From: Tricharina praecox
Taxonomy: Eukaryota
DNA: 64,000 nucleotides
Reading direction: 5' to 3'
Assembly: GCF_024521635.1 (NCBI RefSeq)
Contig: NW_026250421.1
Coordinates: forward strand, 248,001-312,000
Shown piece by piece: positions 25,131 through 37,963 of the stretch (position 1 is the first letter of the stretch; each line of letters opens with the position of its first letter). A model generated the notes under the pieces. The model had not been told where the DNA came from and ran no database searches. It saw nothing but the letters and a program-made list of their open reading frames with translations. A program made the translations under genes and the position numbers.

Positions 25131-25250
25131 ATGGAGTCTAACCCCTCTTCCTCCGCCAGCCTCATGAATAGGGAGTGACGAACATCGATAGCCCTTGCAG
25201 AGTATGCTGCCGTCTTGATAAACTAACTCTAGGGTAGGGTTAGACTCCGT
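25131..25250. mobile_element. MITE-like 120-bp element with 14-bp terminal inverted repeats
   Basis: Left ATGGAGTCTAACCC, right GGGTTAGACTCCGT (13/14 complementary), flanked by CA on both sides. Confidence 0.45.
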
Positions 25251-26299
25251 CACGGACACTAGATTCTTAGAGTACTCTACGATATATTCCACACAGTCCG
25301 GTTACGGTATCATTCTTTGAACCGCTTGGCATGTACATAGGGAGGGCTCTGCAGTGTCTCACCGTTTTCGTCGTTGAAGCTGAATGGCGGCTCAAGCTTC
25401 ACAGAACGTTGGGGTATCCATTGTGCTTCAAACTTTGCAACCATAAAGTGACCGGAAGTGAGAGGGGGAGGGAAAGGGAAAGGGGCGGCAAGATGAATGG
25501 CAGTGATCTCGTATCACCCTGTAATAATATGTGGTAGCGATACATACCACCCAAGTGTGTTGGCGTGGATTGTGATATATTAGCTCGTCTCAACGCTGAT
25601 TCCAGTTGAATATTAACGCGGCGTCACTCCCATTTTTCGGGGTTGATTCCAAGTATGTGTTCCGTCACAGGACTCTGCCACTACCATTCATTCTCCCTCC
25701 TTTCTCATTATACAAATTACAGCAGCATGAATGGAACTCTCAAATCCGACTCACACTCGCATCCATTATTCACCCCCACCCCCTTCCAATTCTTTCCACT
25801 AAATACCCAAAGCTAAAGCTAATATACACACATATACGCCACACCCAAGCACACCTAAATACACACTAAACACACAAAAACAGACTAAATACACAGATAC
25901 GCCACAACCTAAAGAAAAAACGCCACTGAAAGAAAAACACCACCCTAAAATAAAAGCCCCACGTAACGCCACACCACCATAGCAAACCATAGCAAACCTT
26001 ACCCACCCCAAAAAAAAAACACCACACGTATACGCCGACGGATTACGCGGATGAAACCCTGATTTTGTCTAATCTAACGAGTAGGTATCCGGAAAAAAAA
26101 AACTCATGGTCACTACCGTATATACCGTCTTTCCAAAGACCGGAGTGAAAGAACAAAAAAGAAAAAACCCAAGTCCATGTACAAAAGAAAACCCCATAAG
26201 AAAAGAAAAAAAGAAACCAAGCTTTTAGACGATATGAAAAAAAAGATCAATACTCCATCCAATCCACACACACACTTAGAGCAGGCGGGACATGCCAGC

Positions 26300-29200
26300 C
26301 TAACCCAACACCAAAGCGAGCAGAGCCATGCGGCAGTACAAGCCATAGCGCATCTGTCAAACACCAGTCAGTATGTAATGGACCAATCCGGGAAGTGGAA
26401 GGAACTTGCCTGTCTGAAGTACGCAGCCCTCTGGTCAAAGTCGACCTCCTCGCTGATCTCGGTGGTTCTGGGGAGCGGGTGCATAACAATCATGTGGCTC
26501 TTGGCGTGCTTCATGACCGAGTTGTTGACGATGAAAGCGTCCTTAAGACGTTCGTACTCGGCCAGGTCCGCGAACCTCTCCTTCTGCACACGGGTGCAGT
26601 AGAGCACATCCGAGCGGGCAATGATCTCCGGCGTGAGCGAGCTGGACTCGGCAACCAGCGAACCGCTGCTGACCAACTTGGCACGGACATCCTCGGGCAT
26701 TCGCAACTGGGGAGGAGACACCAATTGAATGCGAACGTTGTAGAGCTGGAGGAGCTTCGCCAGGGAGTGGACAGTACGACCGTACTTGAGGTCACCCATG
26801 AAGGTGATGGTGAGGTCGTTCACGGTTCCGAGCTCCTCACGAATCGTGAAGAGGTCAAGCATTGCCTGGGTGGGGTGCTCGAGACTGCCGTTGCCTATGA
26901 TATTTGATTAGAATACTGCTAGAATCATTGCGAGAATACCACTTACCACCGTTGATGACCGGAACAGGCGAGAACTTGGCAGCAACAGCCGCACTAGACT
27001 CCTCAGGATGTCTGAGCACAACCGCATCACCGTAGCAAGCAAGAGTGCGAATGGTATCCTGCAGGGTCTCTCCCTTCTGCAGGCTCGAATGGGCCGCGGC
27101 AATTGCCACAGTCCGTCCTCCCAGACGCTGCATGGCAGCATCGAATGACGCCGAAGTCCTGGTGGAAGGCTCGAAAAACATGGTACAGAGAAGACGGCCC
27201 TTCAGGACGTCAACAACACCCCAGCGCTCAACGCCAAGCCTGATCTCGGAAGCCACAGTGAACAGGTGGTGCAGATCACGACGCTCGAACTGGTTGACGG
27301 ACAGGATGTGCTGACGCTTGAACTTCGAGTCCTTGGAGAGGAGCGCAGCGAGGGCAGGTGACACAGTGGGGTTGACAAACTCCGGGTGCAGCTGCAAGTT
27401 GGGCAGCTCCAAGGACGGGGTGAAGCCAGCATCGGCCTGGGCCTGGAAGCGGGTGCTTGCACCGAGTCTGGGGCTCAGAAGAGAGCGGATCGAGGGCAGC
27501 TCGGTTTGCGTCTGCGCGGGAGGAGACGAGATCTGGACCGGGAACGAGGCCGACCAATCCTTACCGAGAGTTCCATCGGAGGTGAGGCGTCCATCAAGGG
27601 AAACGGTCTTGCCCTGGAAAACAACACGCTTGACGACAGCCTTGAGCTGGCGTCCCGCAAGAGGAGACCAGTTGGCACGCTCCTCCGCAGTGAACGCTCG
27701 CCCAATCTCAACCTCGACCGATGAGTCGGGCTGGTCGTGGAGATCGAAGATGACCTTGGGGTTGTCATGAAGGCGGGCGGTGATGTCCTGGAGCGTCAAG
27801 CGGCCCTCGGAAACTGCAGTGAACAGCAAAGGAAGGGCATCGGCAATTCCGACGGTTGGCGAGGGCTTCTGGTCGGTAGCGTGCGACAGCTGGTAAGGAA
27901 GACTTCCCACCGAGAAACAGTCGATGGAAGCCAAGTTCTTCCAGAGCGCGGCCTGGTCCTCCTCAGTCGGGAGCGCAGTGCACTCAGGATAATCCTTCTG
28001 GCTCAAGAATAGAGAGTACACGGCAACATCGCAGGTAACCTTCAGTCCCTTCTCCTTGGCCAGGGTGATCAACTTGATATCATCCTTGGTGGTAACGCTG
28101 GTGACATGAACGTTACGGCTGTGGAGGCTGGCAAGCAGCAGGATCGAAGCAAGATCAGTGGTCTTTGCGTCGGTCATGATGGGCTTGTGATCAGGCCAGA
28201 CGTCGAAGTGCGAAGTGACAGCGGCAACCTTGTTGATGTTTCCAGACAGGTGGTTGAACGGAATGAAGAGAGATCCGACCTTACCGGTAAGCGCGCCGAG
28301 CTGCTCCGAGTTGGACGAAGTGGCAGCCACAGAGAAGTTGAAGTCAGAGTGAGCAACCGAGCTGTTCTCGAGGGCAGTGTTGAGGGCAACTGCATCGGTC
28401 AAGCTGTTCTCGACACCCATAGGAAGGACTCTGATCATGGTGAAACCCGAGGCAACGGATTCCTTGGTAACCTCATCAAAGTCACGGCTTCCGTCAATCG
28501 CTAGTCCGGGCACGAATGCGGCAATGTTAACAAGTCCGGGAAGGATAACAGTGCGGTGGCTCGACTGGGCATCAATGGAAGAGATATTCATGGAGTAGTG
28601 TCGGGAGATCGCCTCGATGAGCAACTTGGCGTTCTTGACGTTCGTGACCAGCGGAGTGTGGTAGTCGACAGCCATACGTCTGGTCTGGTAACCTCTGGAC
28701 ATGTACGAGGCCGGGCGCCTGAACCGGTTGGCGGAGGGCAGATTGATGTAGAGATCGATCAAGTTGTTGGCCAAATGCTGCGTCAACGAGTACTCGGACT
28801 TCTGGTCATCATCAGAGAGAACCTCGAGGTACTGGACCGGAACTCCGTGCTCCTGGATGAAATCCGCAGTTCCGGCAGTGGCGAAGAGCTTGTATCCGAG
28901 CTGGTGAAGCTTCTTGATAGAAGGAAGCAGCTCCATCTTCTCCTTGAAGGAACCGATGGAGAGCAAGATGTTCTTCTTGGGCAAGCGGAAACCGGTGGAG
29001 ATGAGCGCCTTCATGTACGCCTCGTACTTGTCGCGACCGAAGCAAGCAACCTCACCGGTGGAAGCCATCTCAACACCGAGAACGGGATCTGCACCAGACA
29101 GACGCGAGAAACTGAACTGGGGAACCTTGATACCGACGTAGTCCTTGGGGATATCGACGGTGGGGTAAGGGTCAACGGGCAAGCCCATGATCGCCAGAGT

Positions 29201-32200
29201 AGCCATCTCGATAAGATCAACACCCAAAACCTTGGACACGAAAGGGAAAGATCGGGAAGCGCGGACATTGCACTCGATGACCTTGATGTCGTTGTCCTTG
29301 GCAATGAACTGGATATTGTAAGGTCCAGTAACGTTGAGGGCATTTCCAATCTTGCGGGTGGCTTCCTCGATCCTGCGGATGGTCTCCGGGTCAAGATCCT
29401 GAGGGGGCTGGATCAAAGTGGCGTCACCAGAGTGAACACCAGCGTTCTCGACGTGCTCGGAAATGACATGCATAATCATCTGTCCGTCCTTCGCAACAGC
29501 GTCCATCTCGATCTCCTTGGCGTTCTCGATGTACTTGCTGATGACAACGGGGTGCTCCCTCGAGACATCGGCTGCCTGCTGGAGGTAGCTGGCAAGATCG
29601 TCGACGGAGTAGACAGTGTTCATGGCGGCTCCAGACAAGACGTAAGACGGACGGACCAGCACAGGATAGCCAACCTTCTCGGCGAACTCCCTAGCCTCCT
29701 CGAAGCTGGTAAGCTCCTTCCAGGCAGGCTGGTCGACCTCGATTCTGTCAAGCATGCGCGAGAACTTGTAACGATTCTCAGCAGAGTCGATCATCTCGGG
29801 GGAAGTTCCCATGATCTTGACGTTCAGGCGGTGCAGCGGCAGAGCAATGTTGTTGGGAGTCTGACCACCCATGGAGATGATAACACCGCTCGAGTTCTCG
29901 AGGTGGTAAATGTCGAGGACGGTCTCGATGTTGATGTTCTCGAAGTAGAGCTTGTCAGCCTCGTCGTAATCGGTCGAGACGGTCTCAGGGTTGTAGTTGA
30001 CCATGATCGTCTTGATCTTTCTCTCGCGAAGCGTCCTGACGGCGCGGACAGCGCACCAATCGAACTCAACCGAGGATCCGATTCTGTAGACACCAGAACC
30101 AAGAACCATGACTCCATGGTCGTTGAAGTCAATATCGTGCTCGACACCGTTGTATGTCAGGTACAAGTAGTTCGTGTAGGCAGGGAACTCGGCGGCAACG
30201 GTATCGATCTGCTTGACGAAAGGCATGATCTTGGATTCAACCCTGATGCGACGAACAGCGTTCTCGTTCGAGCCCCAGAAGTTGGCCAGCTGCTTATCAC
30301 AGAAACCAAGCTGCTTGGCCTGGACGAAAAGGGAGCGAGGAATGGTCGCATCGGTGTACTTCGTCATCTCGTTTCCGAACCGAGAAAGACCCATGAGCTT
30401 GTTCAAGAACCACTTGTCAATCTTGGTCATCTCCCAGATCTTATCCACGGAGTAGCCCTGCTGCATAGCGTTCGCGATGGCGAAGAGACGCTGGTCCGAG
30501 GGAGTCTGCAACTCCTGATCGATCGACATGAGAGCGTCGGTAGCGTTGAAGCCAGCATTGCTGGGATCGGTCGCTCGGATGGCCTTCTGGATAGCCTCCT
30601 CGAAGGTTCGGCCGATACTCATGACTTCTCCAACACTCTTCATCGAAGAGTTCAGCAATGTCGAGACACGGGTGAACTTCTTCAGATCCCAACGGGGGAT
30701 CTTGACAACGACGTAGTCCAACGAAGGCTCGAAGCAAGCGACGGTCTTCTTGGTCACCGAGTTCTTGATGTCGTTCAGGGGGATTCCGAGACCGAGCTTC
30801 GCGGCAATGAAGGCAAGGGGGTATCCAGTGGCCTTGGAGGCGAGCGCCGAAGACCGGGAGAGACGGGCGTTGACCTCGATAATGCAGTAATCCTTCGAGT
30901 CGGGGTTAAGAGCATACTGGATGTTACATTCACCGACGACTCCGAGGTGACGGATGACATTCACGGCTGTGGTCCGGAGCATGTTGTAGTCATCGTCCGA
31001 AAGCGTCTGCGAGGGTGCAACCACGATGGAATCACCAGTATGGATACCGAGAGGATCGAAGTTCTATTGAACGAGTGAGTAACTGTGCCACTGTTATTCA
31101 AGGGGGAGTGATGAACGAACCTCCATATTACAGACGGTGATGCAGTTGTCCTGGCAATCGCGGACAACCTCATACTCGATCTCTTTCCAGCCCTTCATAC
31201 TCCTCTCGACGAGGACCTGGGGACTGGCGGAAAAGGCCTTGTTGCAAAGATCCACAAGTTGCTCCTCGTTGTCGGCGAAACCACTGCCCAGACCACCCAG
31301 AGCGTATGCAGCACGGACAATAACGGGATATCCAATGTCCTTCACAGCAATAACAGCCTCCTCCACGGTCGAGGCAGAGGCCGATTTGGCGCATTTCTCA
31401 CCGATCTCGTCCATGGCTCTGGCGAAGAGCTCACGGTCCTCGGTCGTGATGACAGTGTCGATAGGGGTACCAAGGACCTTGACACCAAGTCCCTCAAACT
31501 CATCCTTAAGCTCGATACCGACCGACAAGGCAGTCTGACCTCCGAAAGTGACGTAAATAGCGTCGGGCTTCTCGTGGACGATGACCTTTCGCACAAACTC
31601 TGCCGTGACGGGCAAGAAGTACACCTTGTCAGCAAGACCTTTCGATGTCTGGATGGTGGCGATGTTCGGGTTGATGAGAATGGTGTAGATTCCCTCCTCC
31701 TTCAGCGCCTTGATGGCTTGACTGCCAGAGTAATCAAACTCTCCAGCCTGTCCGATACTCAAACCACCAGATCCCAGAATCAAGACCTTGTTGACCTTCA
31801 CCCTGGGGTTGACCTTCCTGTTGTGCTCGACCTCTCCTCCGGGAATCTCAACAGGCTGCTTCAAGGCGCTCTTGTCCACCAGTGTCGCGGCGATAGCATT
31901 CAAGAACACATTGAACAGGAATTCGGTGTCCCGGGGTCCTGGTGTGCTCTCCGGGTGGAACTGTACACTGAAGAAGGGTCGCTCGGTGTGGTAGATACCC
32001 TCGTTCGAGTCGTCGTTTGCATTGACGAAAAGCGGTTTCCATCCGTCAGAAAGACTGTCTGCATCGACCGCGTATCCGTGGTTCTGGGAGGTGATGTAGC
32101 ATCGGCCCGAGATGATGTTGGTGCAGGGGATGTTGTGTCCACGGTTACCGAACTTCATCTTGGATGTCCGAGCTCCAGCCGCACGGGCGAGCAACTGGTG

Positions 32201-33428
32201 TCCGAGACAGATACCAAAGACGGGTGTGTTGGCCGCCTCCATGCACTTGCGGAGCTGCTCGACCGTTGTTGACAGTGTGGCTGGGTCACCAGGTCCGTTG
32301 GAGACGAACAGTCCGTCGTAACTACCGGCCTCGGAAAGAATATCGTGATTCCAGGGCACAACCTTGACTTCCACACCGCGGCTCAGGAAACACCTGAGCT
32401 GGTTGTACTTCATACCGACATCCACACACAGAACGCGGACAGTCTTTCCGTCTGGCCGCTTGAGCGCAATGTTCTCCGGTGGTGAGAATACCCGGGGTTC
32501 CCGTATCGACACTTGTTCACCTTAGTCCACAGTCCTGAGCAAGATGAAGAGGAATAGCTGGAATTACCCTCAGCGACGAGATTTGTCTTGTTGGGATCTA
32601 TCCACTCGATACTCTCAAAGTCCTCACGCCAGTCGCCCACCGGCGCATCGCCAATCTCGAGACTAGTGACCGCAGCAGGCCTCTCTTCCTCGACTTCCTT
32701 GCCAACTTGCGGCTTCTGGATCAACAGTTTTCCAAGCATCGAACCCTGCTTCCGGATCCTTTTGGTCAGAGCTCTGGTATCGACACCGTAGATCGCCGGC
32801 ACGCCCTGCTCCTTGAGCCAAGTTCCAAGGGAGCTTGTGGCCAGGTAGTGACTGAACTCCTCCCCCGCGTACGACGCCGTAACCAGTGCCGCGACATGAA
32901 TCTGGTTCGCCTCGAAGTAGGCCGGGAGTGACTCGAGCAATTCGTCCCGAGCTTCCCGCGATGGCACACCTGGAGCAACCACGAAACGCCACGGTCAGTC
33001 GCTATTCACCCTCGCCCCACCAATCTACCAGGACCGGAAAAAGAATCCCACGAACCATAGTTTCCCACCAAGGGAAATGTGATCACCAACAACTGCCCAC
33101 GGTACGAGGGGTCTGTAACGGACTCGGGGTAGCCGACCATTCCTGCGTAGCGGAGGAGTAGGAATCAGCAACCCCACACACCCATTGAAGCTTATTACAT
33201 CGACAGCGAGGAGCATATACCCGTCTGGAACACCAGTTCTCCAGATACGCTCTTTTCCGCGCCGAAAGAGTATCCCTGGTACGCGCTGCCATCCTCCAAC
33301 TCCAACGTTGCGAGGCGCTCTACTACAAGCTTTCCGTCGGGTCCCACGGGCCTGGCTGTTACGGGTGGGAAAGGTCTCGCCGCTGCCACCGCCGTCTCCG
33401 TAGGCTTTCCAGTACTCAATCCGGCCAT
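26300..33428 (-). CDS. URA2: Multifunctional pyrimidine biosynthesis protein: GATase, carbamoyl-phosphate synthetase, inactive DHOase-like domain and aspartate transcarbamoylase (URA2/pyr-3/pyrABCN), 7 coding exons
   Basis: Exons 33428-33221, 33142-33056, 32969-32568, 32511-31121, 31063-26947, 26894-26410 and 26353-26300. Motifs [95 protein letters not shown]. Confidence 0.98.
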
Positions 33429-36400
33429 CGTGGGTTTCAGAATGCGCGGGGGGGGGGGGGTTTCTGAAAGGGATTGAAGCGGAAGGAATGAAAGGTGGGG
33501 GAGGAGGTGGAGTTAGGGAGGAGTAGTAGTAGTAGTAGAAGGTTCCTGACAGCGGGGGACCCGGGAGTGAAGATGCGAGAAGGAAGGACCTTATAGCAGC
33601 AGCAGGACCAGATCTGCGGTGCACCACGCTCAAGGAATTCGAAGAAGGAATATGTATGGAGCAACCAGTCGGCAAAGGGCGGGGGGCGCAGCAGGTTTGA
33701 GGAGAGAGAAAAAAAAAACTACGAAACGAAATGGCGAAAAAGAAGGTATAAAATTTTCTGGTGGGGCAATGATGCCAAGCTCTATGCAACTGGGGTTCCC
33801 TTAGTGGCTGGCTGCACGGGTCTCACTTGGGCTTGAAATTACGGCAAACTGCCAAACGCCATCGACGAGCGAAGACATTTTGCCAGGGGCTGTACCAGAA
33901 GACGGGGTGGAGATGGGCGATGAGGACGTGAGGTGCGATCTCACGTCCAGCAAGGAAGCGTGGCGTCACCCTAAGAAAATAAAGGTGGAAGTGCAGGCTT
34001 GGAGGGGAAGAGTAGGCTGAAAAGATTTGATGCAACGCGATAACTAATGCAAGGGGATCCATCTGATCAGATCCAAGATCTCTTGAGTGATTCCTGGTGA
34101 AGCACCAGTCATTGACCGTAGAGGGTGGAGGCACTCGAGCAAGTACAGATGATACTTCTTGGGCGGAAGTAAGATCCCCAGATGTACATACTCTACACCC
34201 GGTTGCATTATCCTCTTTACCGCGACCATCACGCAGTTCGGAAGCAAAGGGGTTTCACAGACGCCGCATCAAGTTGGTTTTTCTCACCGTTTCTCAACTT
34301 CGTTGGTGTTGAAATCATTGTTGGTTTCTCGAGTCGCCCACTGAGGAGTCACAATTTGTTGCGCGAGTGAGTACATACTACCTAGAAAGTCTAGGTACTC
34401 TATTTTGGAGAGAGGGCTCTGGAGTCGTACATAGCCTGTAGGCCGCTCGGTAGGCGGTGCGTGGGGACGGCCCAGATCATGAGCTCCAAGCTTCTTCCTA
34501 GATGGCGCTACCATGCCCGCGTACTTCAACGTTACCGTGTGCCCTCAAGTGTCCACATGAACTCAACTGCCACCTGGGCCGCCATATCGAGGCCTTCCTG
34601 ATTCCTTCGGCGTTTTATATAAGAGCACTCATACATGAGGATGAACCTTGGGGAAAGGTATCATCGGTAGTAATAGCATTTCTCGTCATGTGAAACGGTG
34701 TGTAAGTACATTCAGTGGTCGACCACGACAAAGACTCAAGAGACGAAAGCGACGAATGAACGGAGGAGAAAGTGGTGCGGCAAACATGCAGGCGGTTTCG
34801 ATAGGGTCCCGTGACTCACGTTTACGCCCACGGGCCACAAAGTCGCGGTCGTCCTACTCCTACTACCGGTAGTAGGCACAGTCGGCGTGGATGCCGCGCC
34901 ATGGATCCATACCTCGACAGCGGAGTCACGACGGCCTTAGTTACATACCTCCGGTTCATCGGAGCAATTGTGCGGGTGCGGCCGCCGATAACTATCCGAA
35001 CCAAGTATCGACTGCAAGGGCGAGGCTATGTAGCCTGTTGGAACAAGATGTGTTCCTCCGTCAAGCGAGTACCTGATGCTCCCAAAAGTCAGCAGTACCA
35101 TGTGTGTACAATTCGACCGTAGATTCCGAAACCAGCATCAGTTCAAGGTGTTCCAACTTCCATAGGAGGCTGCACTGCCTTCGCAAGTTCACCATGCCCC
35201 GAACTCGAGCAAAGCGTAGGTATCCGGTCTCGAACCGCTACTCTTGGTGTGGATGTACATAGGTGCGGGATGCGCGGAGGTAATGGACGAGGTGAAACCT
35301 AACTGCCAGTGTCGGAATTTCGAAAACTCCACATGACAGAATGGCCGCACGTTCTGCTGCTCGCACACGCTCCAAAGTTAGGAGAAGAAGAAGAAGAGGA
35401 GGAGCAATCGTCAGGAATAGAGGATGGGTCACGCCGGGCGTTCGTGGGGACGGAGGGGCTCCGACAACGGGGCTTGGCTCCACGGCAGCGCAGAGAAGGG
35501 TGACTCGTGGGTAAGACTTGGAGGAGACAAGATTTGGATGTGTGATATGATAGGTAGGTGCCATGATACCATCGATGTTACAGCCATGACCGGGCGGCGG
35601 GAACGATCGAACGATCGAATACCGAACACCGAACGATGAAACAAATCTCCAAGTAGATTCCACTGCGAAACGAGGACTCGCTTTTCAGTGATGGCGTGCA
35701 CATGTAAAAAAGTAAATACCATACCATATGATAGGTGGTGGGGCCCGGGGTGGGGCAGATCCACCAAGCGGCTTCGCGGCTCTGCGGGGCGAGCTGCGAG
35801 CTGTGCGCTGCAGCGAGCAAGGAGTGCACAGACCACGCAGCTGCGCTTCCCCAGGACGCATACATACGAATACTCGATACCGATTGGTCACTGGCACACC
35901 CGAAGAGTCACTCCCTCCCTCCTTCGCGATCGATATCTAAACGCCTATCTACATACCGTACTCTATATCTATCAGAGTCTGGGGTGGGCCCCGATCAGAA
36001 ATGGAGATGAAGAAGAAGAAGAGGAAAATAAACAAGGCCGCCGCGAGGTATCGCTCGGAGGCCAGAATGATCACTTAGGGACGGGGTTTCCGCAGCTATG
36101 TGCGCACGAGCGGACGAGAGGCCGGCGGGGAAGTACTATACTAAATAGTGTGCTTCGAATCAAGAGAAGCTCGTGGTGGCTGCTACAGTTCAAGAGTAGA
36201 GTAGAGAAGCTGGCAACGGGTGAAGAGAAAGAAAATAAAAACCTATGTAGAGAGTGCTGGCCAGGCTCGCCATCGGCAGGTGATAAATCGGTAGTACTGT
36301 GGACTTTCTCGAGAAAGAGGGCGGGCGGGCGGGCGGAAACTGTGATACAGTTTGCGAAAAGAGAAAAGAGAGGGAAAAATTGTTGCAAGACCAAGTATTG

Positions 36401-37963
36401 TCTGTTGGCGAGATGGCCAGCGACAGCAATAACTATCGCAAAGCTGCGGCTCCTGTTCGCGGCCTTGGTGGGTTGGTCGACATATATCGCTCACCGTTGA
36501 GCTGAGCCGAGTCGAGGCGCGGGACCACTCGTTTTCGAGCTCGTGAAGGGGGATTCCATCATCCGTAGCTAACAGTTAGGTACATGGCAGCTGCTCTGCC
36601 AACGTCTCGAGATCAATATACTTCATACCGATATAGTTGTTAGTTACTCCACACGGTCGAGCTCGCGAAGGCAATGATGTACCTAACTACCACAGGTGCC
36701 TATTCCACCCTTGAGGAAGCTGGTTATGATGACGGACATGAGACTTCATTTACTCATGTATGTACTCCGCCTCCGTGATATCCGGGAGCGATGGACGAGG
36801 ACGAGGGGTGTGGGGGAGCGCCATCGCCTCCGTTGCGGCGACATCTTTCCTTTCCGTTGATCACGGCCGCAGTCGAGGTACTCTAGGTACCCACATGGTC
36901 TCGTATCCCTCGAGCTTCCCGTGTTGGGCGGCGGCGGCGGCCATACCGAGGATGTCTCCGGTCGGGCGGTCTGCTGCCGCTGCTGTGCGTCCGCGATACC
37001 TGATTTTGTGGTTTTGATTATATGCACGCACGTTCCTGATCTTTGGTTCCGGTGAGTGGAGGCGAGGCGAGCGACAAGGGCTTGTTGCGTGCGGGCGGAG
37101 GAGGAGGACGGGGATGAGACGAGGACGAGGGGGAGGGCGTGGACGTGGACGTGGGTGATGGTTGAAACGGCAACGGCAAATGTCGACCTAATGGACTACA
37201 TCCCACAGCCAACATCTGCAGATGACGCTCACAGCACGCAAGGCGAGAGAAGGAGGAAGCTGCTTTCCGTTCCTCCCGTTGAAGCCGTTCCACGCGCACC
37301 AACAGCAGTCCGGCCCACGTCCGTCGTCTATCGCCCGCTCCCACGCCCTCCCCCATGCCCACGCCCCACATATCCAATTAAAGCACAATCATAGCAACAA
37401 TCATCAACGGCGATCCCCCTTCTTTGCTTTCTCTCCTGCTTTCTTGCTGCCTGCCTGTGCCCAACCATCCAACCCCCTCCGAGCACAGTCGAGCTCCCGC
37501 GTTGGTGGTGCGACCCAGCGGCAAGGAAAAAACTCTCAAACTTTCCTTATCGCTCTGGTGGAGTTACCTGTTTCGCTACTCTTCTCAGCGACATTCTTAT
37601 CGCGGCTACACCGCGCACACAGCTGCAAAAAAGATATCAGAGGAAATCCAACACCGCGGGAGAGAGAGAAAGCAAAGAAAAGAAAAAAGAAATTTGCATC
37701 GCCACAGCCTGCCCTGGCCATGGACCAGGCACAGGTACCTACATGGCGTACGTCCTGCCGGTGTGCCTGTAATGGAGTCGAGTCGAGGAAGAAATAAATA
37801 TCTACAGGAGGGAGGCAGGATATAATCCACTGCTTTTCTTCATCCAGGTCCCCCAATTCATAGCTCTTACATTCCAATATCTCTCTGCTTGCCTGTCTCC
37901 TCTTGATATCTCTTCTTGCACCCTTTGCTGTCGTCGCCGTCGTCATCGTCGTGCTTCTCGACA

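Noticed and set aside
27560..28560. Dihydroorotase-like domain of URA2 lacks the metal-binding HxH (reads [10 protein letters not shown])
   Set aside because: A catalytically dead DHOase domain is the established state in fungal URA2, so it is neither novel nor pseudogenisation.
28556..31078. 840-aa plus-strand ORF (also 31259-32272, 55797-56681 and 56858-57622)
   Set aside because: Exact antisense shadows of strongly codon-biased URA2 and JSN1 exons; no independent protein features.
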